A stretch of DNA of 64,000 nucleotides. It comes from Auanema rhodensis. Its lineage: Eukaryota > Animalia > Nematoda. Below, piece after piece: positions 15,001-30,000 of this stretch. The position numbers and the translations under genes were made by a program. Within the stretch, counting starts at the first letter, position 1; each line of letters opens with the position of its first letter. The notes under the pieces were generated by a model. It was not told the DNA's origin, did no database searches, and worked only from the letters and a program-made list of their open reading frames with translations. The stretch spans positions 18,290,001-18,354,000 of the forward strand of contig OZ059897.1 of NCBI GenBank assembly GCA_964057225.1, given 5' to 3'.

Positions 15001-18000
15001 AAAACATTTTGACAAAAACTTTTTCGAAAAATTTCAAAATAATTTAGCAAAAAGTAGATGTTTTTAGATTCCATTTTTCAAGGCAAAGACGATGGACAAT
15101 GTTATTCAACGAAAAAATTAATTCTTCAGGGTGAAAATCGAGGATATAAGTGTGAACTTATATCAGTTGATATCTCGGTGCATTTTTAAGCTAGCGCAAA
15201 TCTGATAACACAGATCGACGCAGCTTAAAAATCCGCATCGAATGCTTTATACTACATTGAGAAACGCTTAATACAAAAATTAGTTATGATCGTTTGAAAA
15301 ATGATGCATTAGTGTATGTTGAGTTTCCATGTACACTCAACATTGCTTCCAAAAACATTTTGACAAAAACTTTTTCGAAAAATTTCAAAATAATTTAGCA
15401 AAAAGTAGATGTTTTTAGATTCCATTTTTCAAAACAAAGACGATGGACAATGTTATTCAACGAAAAAATTAATTCTTCAGGGTGAAAATCGAGGATATAA
15501 GTGTGAACTTATATCAGTTGATATCTCGGTGCATTTTTAAGCTAGCGCAAATCTGATAACACAGATCGACGCAGCTTAAAAATCCGCATCGAATGCTTTA
15601 TACTACATTGAGAAACGCTTAATACAAAAATTAGTTATGATCGTTTGAAAAATGATGCATTAGTGTATGTTGAGTTTCCATGTACACTCAACATTGCTTC
15701 CAAAAACATTTTGACAAAAACTTTTTCGAAAAATTTCAAAATAATTTAGCAAAAAGTAGATGTTTTTAGATTCCATTTTTCAAGGCAAAGACGATGGACA
15801 ATGTTATTCAACGAAAATATTAATTCTTCAGGGTGAAAATCGAGGATATAAGTGTGAACTTATATCAGTTGATATCTCGGTGCATTTTTAAGCTAGCGCA
15901 AATCTGATAACACAGATCGACGCAGCTTAAAAATCCGCATCGAATGCACTATACTACATCGAGAAACGCTCAATACAAAAATTAGTTATAATCGTTTGAA
16001 AAATGATGCATTAGTGTATGTTGAGTTTCCATGTACACTCAACATTGCTTCCAAAAACATTTTGACAAAAATTTTTTCGAAAAATTTCAAAATAATTTAG
16101 CAAAAAGTAGATGTTTTTAGATTTCATTTCTCAAGGCAAAGACGATGGACAATGTTATTCAACGAAAAAATTAATTCTTCAGGGTGAAAATCGAGGATAT
16201 AAGTGTGAACTTATATCAGTTGATATCTCGGTGCATTTTTAAGCTAGCGCAAATCTGATAACACAGATCGACGCAGCTTAAAAATCCGCACCGAATGCAC
16301 TATACTACATTGAGAAACGCTTAATACAAAAATTAGTTATGATCGTTTGAAAAATGATGCATTAGTGTATGTTGAGTTTCCATGTACACTCAATATTGCT
16401 TCCAAAAACATTTTGACAAAAATGTTTTCGAAAAATTTCAAAATAATTTAGCAAAAAGTAGATGTTTTTAGATTTCTTTTTTCAAGGCAAAGACGATGGA
16501 CAATGTTATTCAACGAAAAAATCAATTCTTCAGGGTGAAAATCGAGGATATAAGTGTGAACTTATATCAGTTGATATCTGGGTGCATTTTTAAGCTAGCG
16601 CAAATCTGATAACACAGATCGACGCAGCTTAAAAATCCGCATCGAATGCACTATACTACATTGAGAAACGCTTAATACATAAATTAGTTATGATCGTTTG
16701 AAAAATGATGCATTAGTGTATGTTGAGTTTCCATGTACACTCAACATTGCTTCCAAAAACATTTTGACAAAAACTTTTTCGAAAAATTTCAAAATAATTT
16801 AGCAAAAAGTAGATGTTTTTAGATTCCATTTTTCAAGGCAAAGACGATGGACAATGTTATTCAACGAAAAAATTAATTCTTCAGGGTGAAAATCGAGGAT
16901 ATAAGTGTGAACTTATATCAGTTGATATCTCGGTGCATTTTTAAGCTAGCGCAAATCTGATAACACAGATCGACGCAGCTTAAAAATCCGCACCGAATGC
17001 ACTATACTACATTGAGAAACGCTTAATACAAAAATTAGTTATGATCGTTTGAAAAATGATGCATTAGTGTATGTTGAGTTTCCATGTACACTCAATATTG
17101 CTTCCAAAAACATTTTGACAAAAATGTTTTCGAAAAATTTCAAAATAATTTAGCAAAAAGTAGATGTTTTTAGATTTCTTTTTTCAAGGCAAAGACGATG
17201 GACAATGTTATTCAACGAAAAAATCAATTCTTCAGGGTGAAAATCGAGGATATAAGTGTGAACTTATATCAGTTGATATCTGGGTGCATTTTTAAGCTAG
17301 CGCAAATCTGATAACACAGATCGACGCAGCTTAAAAATCCGCATCGAATGCACTATACTACATTGAGAAACGCTTAATACATAAATTAGTTATGATCGTT
17401 TGAAAAATGATGCATTAGTGTATGTTGAGTTTCCATGTACACTCAACATTGCTTCCAAAAACATTTTGACAAAAACTTTTTCGAAAAATTTCAAAATAAT
17501 TTAGCAAAAAGTAGATGTTTTTAGATTCCATTTTTCAAGGCAAAGACGATGGACAATGTTATTCAACGAAAAAATTAATTCTTCAGGGTGAAAATCGAGG
17601 ATATAAGTGTGAACTTATATCAGTTGATATCTCGGTGCATTTTTAAGCTAGCGCAAATCTGATAACACAGATCGACGCAGCTTAAAAATCCGCATCGAAT
17701 GCACTATACTACATTGAGAAACGCTTAATACAAAAATTAGTTATAATCGTTTGAAAAATGATGCATTAGTGTATGTTGAGTTTCCATGTACACTCAACAT
17801 TGCTTCCAAAAACATTTTGACAAAAATTTTTTCGAAAAATTTCAAAATAATTTAGCAAAAAGTAGATGTTTTTAAATTCCATTTTTCAAGGCAAAGACGA
17901 TGGACAATGTTATTCAACGAAAAAATTAATTCTTCAGGGTGAAAATCGAGGATATAAGTGTGAACTTATATCAGTTGATATCTCGGTGCATTTTTAAGCT

Positions 18001-21000
18001 AGCGCAAATCTGATAACACAGATCGACGCAGCTTAAAAATCCGCATCGAATGCACTATACTACATTGAGAAACGCTTAATACAAAAATTAGTTATAATCG
18101 TTTGAAAAATGATGCATTAGTGCATGTTGAGTTTCCATGTACACTCAACATTGCTTCCAAAAACATTTTGACAAAAATTTTTTCGAAAAATTTCGAAATA
18201 ATTTAGCAAAAAGTAGATGTTTTTAGATTCCATTTTTCAAGGCAAAGACGATGGACAATGTTATTCAACGAAAATATTAATTCTTCAGGGTGAAAATCGA
18301 GGATATAAGTGTGAACTTATATCAGTTGATATCTCGGTGCATTTTTAAGCTAGCGCAAATCTGATAACACAGATCGACGCAGCTTAAAAATCCGCATCGA
18401 ATGCACTATACTACATCGAGAAACGCTCAATACAAAAATTAGTTATAATCGTTTGAAAAATGATGCATTAGTGTATGTTGAGTTTCCATGTACACTCAAC
18501 ATTGCTTCCAAAAACATTTTGACAAAAATTTTTTCGAAAAATTTCAAAATATTTTAGCAAAAAGTAGATGTTTTTAGATTTCATTTTTCAAGGCAAAGAC
18601 GATGGACAATGTTATTCAACGAAAAAATTAATTCTTCAGGGTGAAAATCGAGGATATAAGTGTGAACTTATATCAGTTGATATCTGGGTGCATTTTTAAG
18701 CTAGCGCAAATCTGATAACACAGATCGACGCAGCTTAAAAATCCGCATCGAATGCACTATACTACATTGAGAAACGCTTAATACATAAATTAGTTATGAT
18801 CGTTTGAAAAATGATGCATTAGTGTATGTTGAGTTTCCATGTACACTCAATATTGCTTCCAAAAACATTTTGACAAAAATGTTTTCGAAAAATTTCAAAA
18901 TAATTTAGCAAAAAGTAGATGTTTTTAGATTTCTTTTTTCAAGGCAAAGACGATGGACAATGTTATTCAACGAAAAAATCAATTCTTCAGGGTGAAAATC
19001 GAGGATATAAGTGTGAACTTATATCAGTTGATATCTGGGTGCATTTTTAAGCTAGCGCAAATCTGATAACACAGATCGACGCAGCTTAAAAATCCGCATC
19101 GAATGCACTATACTACATTGAGAAACGCTTAATACATAAATTAGTTATGATCGTTTGAAAAATGATGCATTAGTGTATGTTGAGTTTCCATGTACACTCA
19201 ACATTGCTTCCAAAAACATTTTGACAAAAACTTTTTCGAAAAATTTCAAAATAATTTAGCAAAAAGTAGATGTTTTTAGATTCCATTTTTCAAGGCAAAG
19301 ACGATGGACAATGTTATTCAACGAAAAAATTAATTCTTCAGGGTGAAAATCGAGGATATAAGTGTGAACTTATATCAGTTGATATCTCGGTGCATTTTTA
19401 AGCTAGCGCAAATCTGATAACACAGATCGACGCAGCTTAAAAATCCGCATCGAATGCTTTATACTACATTGAGAAACGCTTAATACATAAATTAGTTATG
19501 ATCGTTTGAAAAATGATGCATTAGTGTATGTTGAGTTTCCATGTACACTCAATATTGCTTCCAAAAACATTTTGACAAAAATGTTTTCGAAAAATTTCAA
19601 AATAATTTAGCAAAAAGTAGATGTTTTTAGATTCCATTTTTCAAGGCAAAGACGATGGACAATGTTATTCAACGAAAATATTAATTCTTCAGGGTGAAAA
19701 TCGAGGATATAAGTGTGAACTTATATCAGTTGATATCTCGGTGCATTTTTAAGCTAGCGCAAATCTGATAACACAGATCGACGCAGCTTAAAAATCCGCA
19801 TCGAATGCACTATACTACATCGAGAAACGCTCAATACAAAAATTAGTTATAATCGTTTGAAAAATGATGCATTAGTGTATGTTGAGTTTCCATGTACACT
19901 CAACATTGCTTCCAAAAACATTTTGACAAAAATTTTTTCGAAAAATTTCAAAATAATTTAGCAAAAAGTAGATGTTTTTAGATTTCATTTCTCAAGGCAA
20001 AGACGATGGACAATGTTATTCAACGAAAAAATTAATTCTTCAGGGTGAAAATCGAGGATATAAGTGTGAACTTATATCAGTTGATATCTCGGTGCATTTT
20101 TAAGCTAGCGCAAATCTGATAACACAGATCGACGCAGCTTAAAAATCCGCACCGAATGCACTATACTACATTGAGAAACGCTTAATACAAAAATTAGTTA
20201 TGATCGTTTGAAAAATGATGCATTAGTGTATGTTGAGTTTCCATGTACACTCAATATTGCTTCCAAAAACATTTTGACAAAAATGTTTTCGAAAAATTTC
20301 AAAATAATTTAGCAAAAAGTAGATGTTTTTAGATTTCTTTTTTCAAGGCAAAGACGATGGACAATGTTATTCAACGAAAAAATCAATTCTTCAGGGTGAA
20401 AATCGAGGATATAAGTGTGAACTTATATCAGTTGATATCTGGGTGCATTTTTAAGCTAGCGCAAATCTGATAACACAGATCGACGCAGCTTAAAAATCCG
20501 CATCGAATGCACTATACTACATTGAGAAACGCTTAATACATAAATTAGTTATGATCGTTTGAAAAATGATGCATTAGTGTATGTTGAGTTTCCATGTACA
20601 CTCAACATTGCTTCCAAAAACATTTTGACAAAAACTTTTTCGAAAAATTTCAAAATAATTTAGCAAAAAGTAGATGTTTTTAGATTCCATTTTTCAAGGC
20701 AAAGACGATGGACAATGTTATTCAACGAAAAAATTAATTCTTCAGGGTGAAAATCGAGGATATAAGTGTGAACTTATATCAGTTGATATCTCGGTGCATT
20801 TTTAAGCTAGCGCAAATCTGATAACACAGATCGACGCAGCTTAAAAATCCGCATCGAATGCACTATACTACATTGAGAAACGCTTAATACAAAAATTAGT
20901 TATAATCGTTTGAAAAATGATGCATTAGTGTATGTTGAGTTTCCATGTACACTCAACATTGCTTCCAAAAACATTTTGACAAAAATTTTTTCGAAAAATT

Positions 21001-24000
21001 TCAAAATAATTTAGCAAAAAGTAGATGTTTTTAAATTCCATTTTTCAAGGCAAAGACGATGGACAATGTTATTCAACGAAAAAATTAATTCTTCAGGGTG
21101 AAAATCGAGGATATAAGTGTGAACTTATATCAGTTGATATCTCGGTGCATTTTTAAGCTAGCGCAAATCTGATAACACAGATCGACGCAGCTTAAAAATC
21201 CGCATCGAATGCACTATACTACATTGAGAAACGCTTAATACAAAAATTAGTTATAATCGTTTGAAAAATGATGCATTAGTGTATGTTGAGTTTCCATGTA
21301 CACTCAACATTGCTTCCAAAAACATTTTGACAAAAATTTTTTCGAAAAATTTCGAAATAATTTAGCAAAAAGTAGATGTTTTTAGATTCCATTTTTCAAG
21401 GCAAAGACGATGGACAATGTTATTCAACGAAAATATTAATTCTTCAGGGTGAAAATCGAGGATATAAGTGTGAACTTATATCAGTTGATATCTCGGTGCA
21501 TTTTTAAGCTAGCGCAAATCTGATAACACAGATCGACGCAGCTTAAAAATCCGCATCGAATGCACTATACTACATCGAGAAACGCTCAATACAAAAATTA
21601 GTTATAATCGTTTGAAAAATGATGCATTAGTGTATGTTGAGTTTCCATGTACACTCAACATTGCTTCCAAAAACATTTTGACAAAAATTTTTTCGAAAAA
21701 TTTCAAAATATTTTAGCAAAAAGTAGATGTTTTTAGATTTCATTTTTCAAGGCAAAGACGATGGACAATGTTATTCAACGAAAAAATTAATTCTTCAGGG
21801 TGAAAATCGAGGATATAAGTGTGAACTTATATCAGTTGATATCTGGGTGCATTTTTAAGCTAGCGCAAATCTGATAACACAGATCGACGCAGCTTAAAAA
21901 TCCGCATCGAATGCACTATACTACATTGAGAAACGCTTAATACATAAATTAGTTATGATCGTTTGAAAAATGATGCATTAGTGTATGTTGAGTTTCCATG
22001 TACACTCAACATTGCTTCCAAAAACATTTTGACAAAAATTTTTTCGAATAATTTCGAAATAATTTAGCAAAAAGTAGATGTTTTTAGATTCCATTTTTCA
22101 AGGCAAAGACGATGGACAATGTTATTCAACGAAAAAATTAATTCTTCAGGGTGAAAATCGAGGATATAAGTGTGAACTTATATCAGTTGATATCTCGGTG
22201 CATTTTTAAGCTAGCGCAAATCTGATAACACAGATCGACGCAGCTTAAAAATCCGCATCGAATGCACTATACTACATTGAGAAACGCTTAATACAAAAAT
22301 TAGTTATGATCGTTTGAAAAATGATGCATTAGTGTATGTTGAGTTTCCATGTACACTCAACATTGCTTCCAAAAACATTTTGACAAAAACTTTTTCGAAA
22401 AATTTCAAAATAATTTAGCAAAAAGTAGATGTTTTTAGATTCCATTTTTCAAGGCAAAGACGATGGACAATGTTATTCAACGAAAAAATTAATTCTTCAG
22501 GGTGAAAATCGAGGATATAAGTGTGAACTTATATCTGTTGATATCTCGGTGCATTTTTAAGCTAGCGCAAATCTGATAACACAGATCGACGCAGCTTAAA
22601 AATCCGCATCGAATGCACTATACTACATTGAGAAACGCTTAATACAAAAATTAGTTATAATCGTTTGAAAAATGATGCATTAGTGTATGTTGAGTTTCCA
22701 TGTACACTCAACATTGCTTCCAAAAACATTTTGACAAAAATTTTTTCGAAAAATTTCAAAATAATTTAGCAAAAAGTAGATGTTTTTAGATTCCATTTTT
22801 CAAGGCAAAGACGATGGACAATGTTATTCAACGAAAAAATTAATTCTTCAGGGTGAAAATCGAGGATATAAGTGTGAACTTATATCAGTTGATATCTCGG
22901 TGCATTTTTAAGCTAGCGCAAATCTGATAACACAGATCGACGCAGCTTAAAAATCCGCATCGAATGCACTATACTACATTGAGAAACGCTTAATACAAAA
23001 ATTAGTTATAATCGTTTGAAAAATGATGCATTAGTGTATGTTGAGTTTCCATGTACACTTAACATTGCTTCCAAAAACATTTTGACAAAAATTTTTTCGA
23101 AAAATTTCAAAATAGTTTACCAAAAAGTAGATGTTTTTAGATTCCATTTTTCAAGGCAAAGACGATAGACAATGTTATTCAACGAAAAAATTAATTCTTC
23201 AGGGTGAAAATCGAGGATATAAGTGTGAACATATATCAGTTGATATCTCGGTGCATTTTTAAGCTAGCGCAAATCTGATAACACAGATCGACGCAGCTTA
23301 AAAATCCGCATCGAATGCACTATACTACATTGAGAAACGCTTAATACAAAAATTAGTTATAATCGTTTGAAAAATGATGCATTAGTGTATGTTGAGTTTC
23401 CATGTACACTCAACATTGCTTCCAAAAACATTTTGACAAAAATTTTTTCGAAAAATTTCGAAATAATTTAGCAAAAAGTAGATGTTTTTAGATTCCATTT
23501 TTCAAGGCAAAGACGATGGACAATGTTATTCAACGAAAATATTAATTCTTCAGGGTGAAAATCGAGGATATAAGTGTGAACTTATATCAGTTGATATCTC
23601 GGTGCATTTTTAAGCTAGCGCAAATCTGATAACACAGATCGACGCAGCTTAAAAATCCGCATCGAATGCACTATACTACATTGAGAAACGCTTAATACAA
23701 AAATTAGTTATAATCGTTTGAAAAATGATGCATTAGTGTATGTTGAGTTTCCATGTACACTCAACATTGCTTCCAAAAACATTTTGACAAAAATTTTTTC
23801 GAAAAATTTCAAAATAATTTAGCAAAAAGTAGATGTTTTTAGATTTCATTTTTCAAGGCAAAGACGATGGACAATGTTATTCAACGAAAAAATTAATTCT
23901 TCAGGGTGAAAATCGAGGATATAAGTGTGAACTTATATCAGTTGATATCTCGGTGCATTTTTAAGCTAGCGCAAATCTGATAACACAGATCGACGCAGCT

Positions 24001-27000
24001 TAAAAATCCGCACCGAATGCACTATACTACATTGAGAAACGCTTAATACAAAAATTAGTTATGATCGTTTGAAAAATGATGCATTAGTGTATGTTGAGTT
24101 TCCATGTACACTCAATATTGCTTCCAAAAACATTTTGACAAAAACTTTTTCGAAAAAATTCAAAATAATTTAGCAAAAAGTAGATGTTTTTAGATTCCAT
24201 TTTTCAAGGCAAAGACGATGGACAATGTTATTCAACGAAAAAATTAATTCTTCAATGTGAAAATCGAGGATATAAGTGTGAACTTATATCAGTTGATATC
24301 TCGGTGCATTTTTAAGCTAGCGCAAATCTGATAACACAGATCGACGCAGCTTAAAAATCCGCATCGAATGCACTATACTACATTGAGAAACGCTTAATAC
24401 AAAAATTAGTTATGATCGTTTGAAAAATGATGCATTAGTGTATGTTGAGTTTCCATGTACACTCAACATTGCTTCCAAAAACATTTTGACAAAAACTTTT
24501 TCGAAAAATTTCAAAATAATTTAGCAAAAAGTAGATGTTTTTAGATTCCATTTTTCAAGGCAAAGACGATGGACAATGTTATTCAACGAAAAAATTAATT
24601 CTTCAGGGTGAAAATCGAGGATATAAGTGTGAACTTATATCAGTTGATATCTCGGTGCATTTTTAAGCTAGCGCAAATCTGATAACACAGATCGACGCAG
24701 CTTAAAAATCCGCATCGAATGCACTATACTACATTGAGAAACGCTCAATACAAAAATTAGTTATAATCGTTTGAAAAATGATGCATTAGTGTATGTTGAG
24801 TTTCCATGTACACTCAACATTGCTTCCAAAAACATTTTGACAAAAATTTTTTCGAAAAATTTCAAAATAATTTAGCAAAAAGTAGATGTTTTTAGATTCC
24901 ATTTTTCAAGGCAAAGTTGATGGACAATGTTATTCAACGAAAAAATTAATTCTTCAGGGTGAAAATCGAGGATATAAGTGTGAACTTATATCAGTTGATA
25001 TCTCGGTGCATTTTTAAGCTAGCGCAAATCTGATAACACAGATCGACGCAGCTTAAAAATCCGCATCGAATGCACTATACTACATTGAGAAACGCTTAAT
25101 ACAAAAATTAGTTATAATCGTTTGAAAAATGATGCATTAGTGTATGTTGAGTTTCCATGTACACTTAACATTGCTTCCAAAAACATTTTGACAAAAATTT
25201 TTTCGAAAAATTTCAAAATAGTTTACCAAAAAGTAGATGTTTTTAGATTCCATTTTTCAAGGCAAAGACGATAGACAATGTTATTCAACGAAAAAATTAA
25301 TTCTTCAGGGTGAAAATCGAGGATATAAGTGTGAACATATATCAGTTGATATCTCGGTGCATTTTCAAGCTAGCGCAAATCTGATAACACAGATCGACGC
25401 AGCTTAAAAATCCGCATCGAATGCACTATACTACATTGAGAAATGCTTAATACAAAAATTAGTTATAATCGTTTGAAAAATGATGCATTAGTGTATGTTG
25501 AGTTTCCATGTACACTTAACATTGCTTCCAAAAACATTTTGACAAAAATTTTTTCGAAAAATTTCAAAATAGTTTACCAAAAAGTAGATGTTTTTAGATT
25601 CCATTTTTCAAGGCAAAGACGATAGACAATGTTATTCAACGAAAAAATTAATTCTTCAGGGTGAAAATCGAGGATATAAGTGTGAACTTATATCAGTTGA
25701 TATCTCGGTGCATTTTTAAGCTAGCGCAAATCTGATAACACAGATCGACGCAGCTTAAAAATCCGCATCGAATGCACTATACTACATTGAGAAACGCTTA
25801 ATACAAAAATTAGTTATAATCGTTTGAAAAATGATGCATTAGTGTATGTTGAGTTTCCATGTACACTTAACATTGCTTCCAAAAACATTTTGACAAAAAT
25901 TTTTTCGAAAAATTTCAAAATAGTTTACCAAAAAGTAGATGTTTTTAGATTCCATTTTTCAAGGCAAAGACGATAGACAATGTTATTCAACGAAAAAATT
26001 AATTCTTCAGGGTGAAAATCGAGGATATAAGTGTGAACTTATATCAGTTGATATCTCGGTGCATTTTTAAGCTAGCGCAAATCTGATAACACAGATCGAC
26101 GCAGCTTAAAAATCCGCATCGAATGCACTATACTACATTGAGAAAGGCTTAATACATAAATTAGTTATGATCGTTTGAAAAATGATGCATTAGTGTATGT
26201 TGAGTTTCCATGTACACTCAACATTGCTTCCAAAAACATTTTGACAAAAATTTTTTCGAAAAATTTCGAAATAATTTAGCAAAAAGTAGATGTTTTTAGA
26301 TTCCATTTTTCAAGGCAAAGACGATAGACAATGTTATTCAACGAAAAAATTAATTCTTCAGGGTGAAAATCGAGGATATAAGTGTGAACTTATATCAGTT
26401 GATATCTCGGTGCATTTTTAAGCTAGCGCAAATCTGATAACACAGATCGACGCAGCTTAAAAATCCGCATCGAATGCACTATACTACATTGAGAAACGCT
26501 TAATACAAAAATTAGTTATAATCGTTTGAAAAATGATGCATTAGTGTATGTTGAGTTTCCATGTACACTCAACATTGCTTCCAAAAACATTTTGACAAAA
26601 ATTTTTTCGAAAAATTTCAAAATAATTTAGCAAAAAGTAGATGTTTTTAGATTCCATTTTTCAAGGCAAAGACGATGGACAATGTTATTCAACGAAAAAA
26701 TTAATTCTTCAGGGTGAAAATCGAAGATATAAGTGTGAACTTATATCAGTTGATATCTCGGTGCATTTTTAAGCTAGCGCAAATCTGATAACACAGATCG
26801 ACGCAGCTTAAAAATCCGCATCGAATGCACTATACTACATTGAGAAACGCTTAATACAAAAATTAGTTATAATCGTTTGGAAAATGATGCATTAGTGTAT
26901 GTTGAGTTTCCATGTACACTCAACATTGCTTCCAAAAACATTTTGACAAAAATTTTTTCGAAAAATTTCAAAATAATTTAGCAAAAAGTAGATGTTTTTA

Positions 27001-30000
27001 GATTCCATTTTTCAAGGCAAAGACGATGGACAATGTTATTCAACGAAAAAATTAATTCTTCAGGGTGAAAATTGAGGATATAAGTGTGAACTTATATCAG
27101 TTGATATCTCGGTGCATTTTTAAGCTAGCGCAAATCTGATAACACAGATCGACGCAGCTTAAAAATCCGCATCGAATGCACTATACTACATTGAGAAACA
27201 CTTGATACAAAAATTAGTTATGATCGTTTGAAAAATGATGCATTAGTGTATGTTGAGTTTCCATGTACACTCAACATTGCTTCCAAAAACATTTTGACAA
27301 AAATTTTTTCGAAAAATTTCAAAATAATTTAGCAAAAAGTAGATGTTTTTAGATTTCATTTTTCAAGGCAAAGACGATGGACAATGTTATTCAACGAAAA
27401 AATTAATTCTTCAGGGTGAAAATCGAGGATATAAGTGTGAACTTATATCAGTTGATATCTCGGTGCATTTTTAAGCTAGCGCAAATCTGATAACACAGAT
27501 CGACGCAGCTTAAAAATCCGCACCGAATGCACTATACTACATTGAGAAACGCTTAATACAAAAATTAGTTATGATCGTTTGAAAAATGATGCATTAGTGT
27601 ATGTTGAGTTTCCATGTACACTCAATATTGCTTCCAAAAACATTTTGACAAAAACTTTTTCGAAAAATTTCAAAATAATTTAGCAAAAAGTAGATGTTTT
27701 TAGATTCCATTTTTCAAGGCAAAGACGATGGACAATGTTATTCAACGAAAAAATTAATTCTTCAATGTGAAAATCGAGGATATAAGTGTGAACATATATC
27801 AGTTGATATCTCGGTGCATTTTTAAGCTAGCGCAAATCTGATAACACAGATCGACGCAGCTTAAAAATCCGCACCGAATGCACTATACTACATTGAGAAA
27901 TGCTTAATACAAAAATTAGTTATAATCGTTTGAAAAATGATGCATTAGTGTATGTTGAGTTTCCATGTACACTTAACATTGCTTCCAAAAACATTTTGAC
28001 AAAAACTTTTTCGAAAAATTTCAAAATAGTTTACCAAAAAGTAGATGTTTTTAGATTCCATTTTTCAAGGCAAAGACGATAGACAATGTTATTCAACGAA
28101 AAAATTAATTCTTCAGGGTGAAAATCGAGGATATAAGTGTGAACTTATATCAGTTGATATCTCGGTGCATTTTTAAGCTAGCGCAAATCTGATAACACAG
28201 ATCGACGCAGCTTAAAAATCCGCATCGAATGCACTATACTACATTGAGAAACGCTTAATACAAAAATTAGTTATAATCGTTTGAAAAATGATGCATTAGT
28301 GTATGTTGAGTTTCCATGTACACTTAACATTGCTTCCAAAAACATTTTGACAAAAATTTTTTCGAAAAATTTCAAAATAGTTTACCAAAAAGTAGATGTT
28401 TTTAGATTCCATTTTTCAAGGCAAAGACGATAGACAATGTTATTCAACGAAAAAATTAATTCTTCAGGGTGAAAATCGAGGATATAAGTGTGAACTTATA
28501 TCAGTTGATATCTCGGTGCATTTTTAAGCTAGCGCAAATCTGATAACACAGATCGACGCAGCTTAAAAATCCGCATCGAATGCACTATACTACATTGAGA
28601 AAGGCTTAATACATAAATTAGTTATGATCGTTTGAAAAATGATGCATTAGTGTATGTTGAGTTTCCATGTACACTCAACATTGCTTCCAAAAACATTTTG
28701 ACAAAAATTTTTTCGAAAAATTTCGAAATAATTTAGCAAAAAGTAGATGTTTTTAGATTCCATTTTTCAAGGCAAAGACGATAGACAATGTTATTCAACG
28801 AAAAAATTAATTCTTCAGGGTGAAAATCGAGGATATATGTGTGAACTTATATCAGTTGATATCTCGGTGCATTTTTAAGCTAGCGCAAATCTGATAACAC
28901 AGATCGACGCAGCTTAAAAATCCGCATCGAATGCACTATACTACATTGAGAAACGCTTAATACAAAAATTAGTTATAATCGTTTGAAAAATGATGCATTA
29001 GTGTATGTTGAGTTTCCATGTACACTCAACATTGCTTCCAAAAACATTTTGACAAAAATTTTTTCGAAAAATTTCAAAATAATTTAGCAAAAAGTAGATG
29101 TTTTTAGATTCCATTTTTCAAGGCAAAGACGATGGACAATGTTATTCAACGAAAAAATTAATTCTTCAGGGTGAAAATCGAAGATATAAGTGTGAACTTA
29201 TATCAGTTGATATCTCGGTGCATTTTTAAGCTAGCGCAAATATGATAACACAGATCGACGCAGCTTAAAAATCCGCATCGAATGCACTATACTACATTGA
29301 GAAACGCTTAATACAAAAATTAGTTATAATCGTTTGAAAAATGATGCATTAGTGTATGTTGAGTTTCCATGTACACTCAACATTGCTTCCAAAAACATTT
29401 TGACAAAAATTTTTTCGAAAAATTTCAAAATAATTTAGCAAAAAGTAGATGTTTTTAGATTCCATTTTTCAAGGCAAAGACGATGGACAATGTTATTCAA
29501 CGAAAAAATTAATTCTTCAGGGTGAAAATTGAGGATATAAGTGTGAACTTATATCAGTTGATATCTCGGTGCATTTTTAAGCTAGCGCAAATCTGATAAC
29601 ACAGATCGACGCAGCTTAAAAATCCGCATCGAATGCACTATACTACATTGAGAAACGCTTAATACAAAAATTAGTTATGATCGTTTGAAAAATGATGCAT
29701 TAGTGTATGTTGAGTTTCCATGTACACTCAATATTGCTTCCAAAAACATTTTGACAAAAATGTTTTCGGAAAATTTCAAAATAATTTAGCAAAAAGTAGA
29801 TGTTTTTAGATTTCTTTTTTCAAGGCAAAGACGATGGACAATGTTATTCAACGAAAAAATCATTTCTTCAGGGTGAAAATCGAGGATATAAGTGTGAACT
29901 TATATCAGTTGATATCTCGGTGCATTTTTAAGCTAGCGCAAATCTGATAACACAGATCGACGCAGCTTAAAAATCCGCATCGAATGCACTATACTACATT

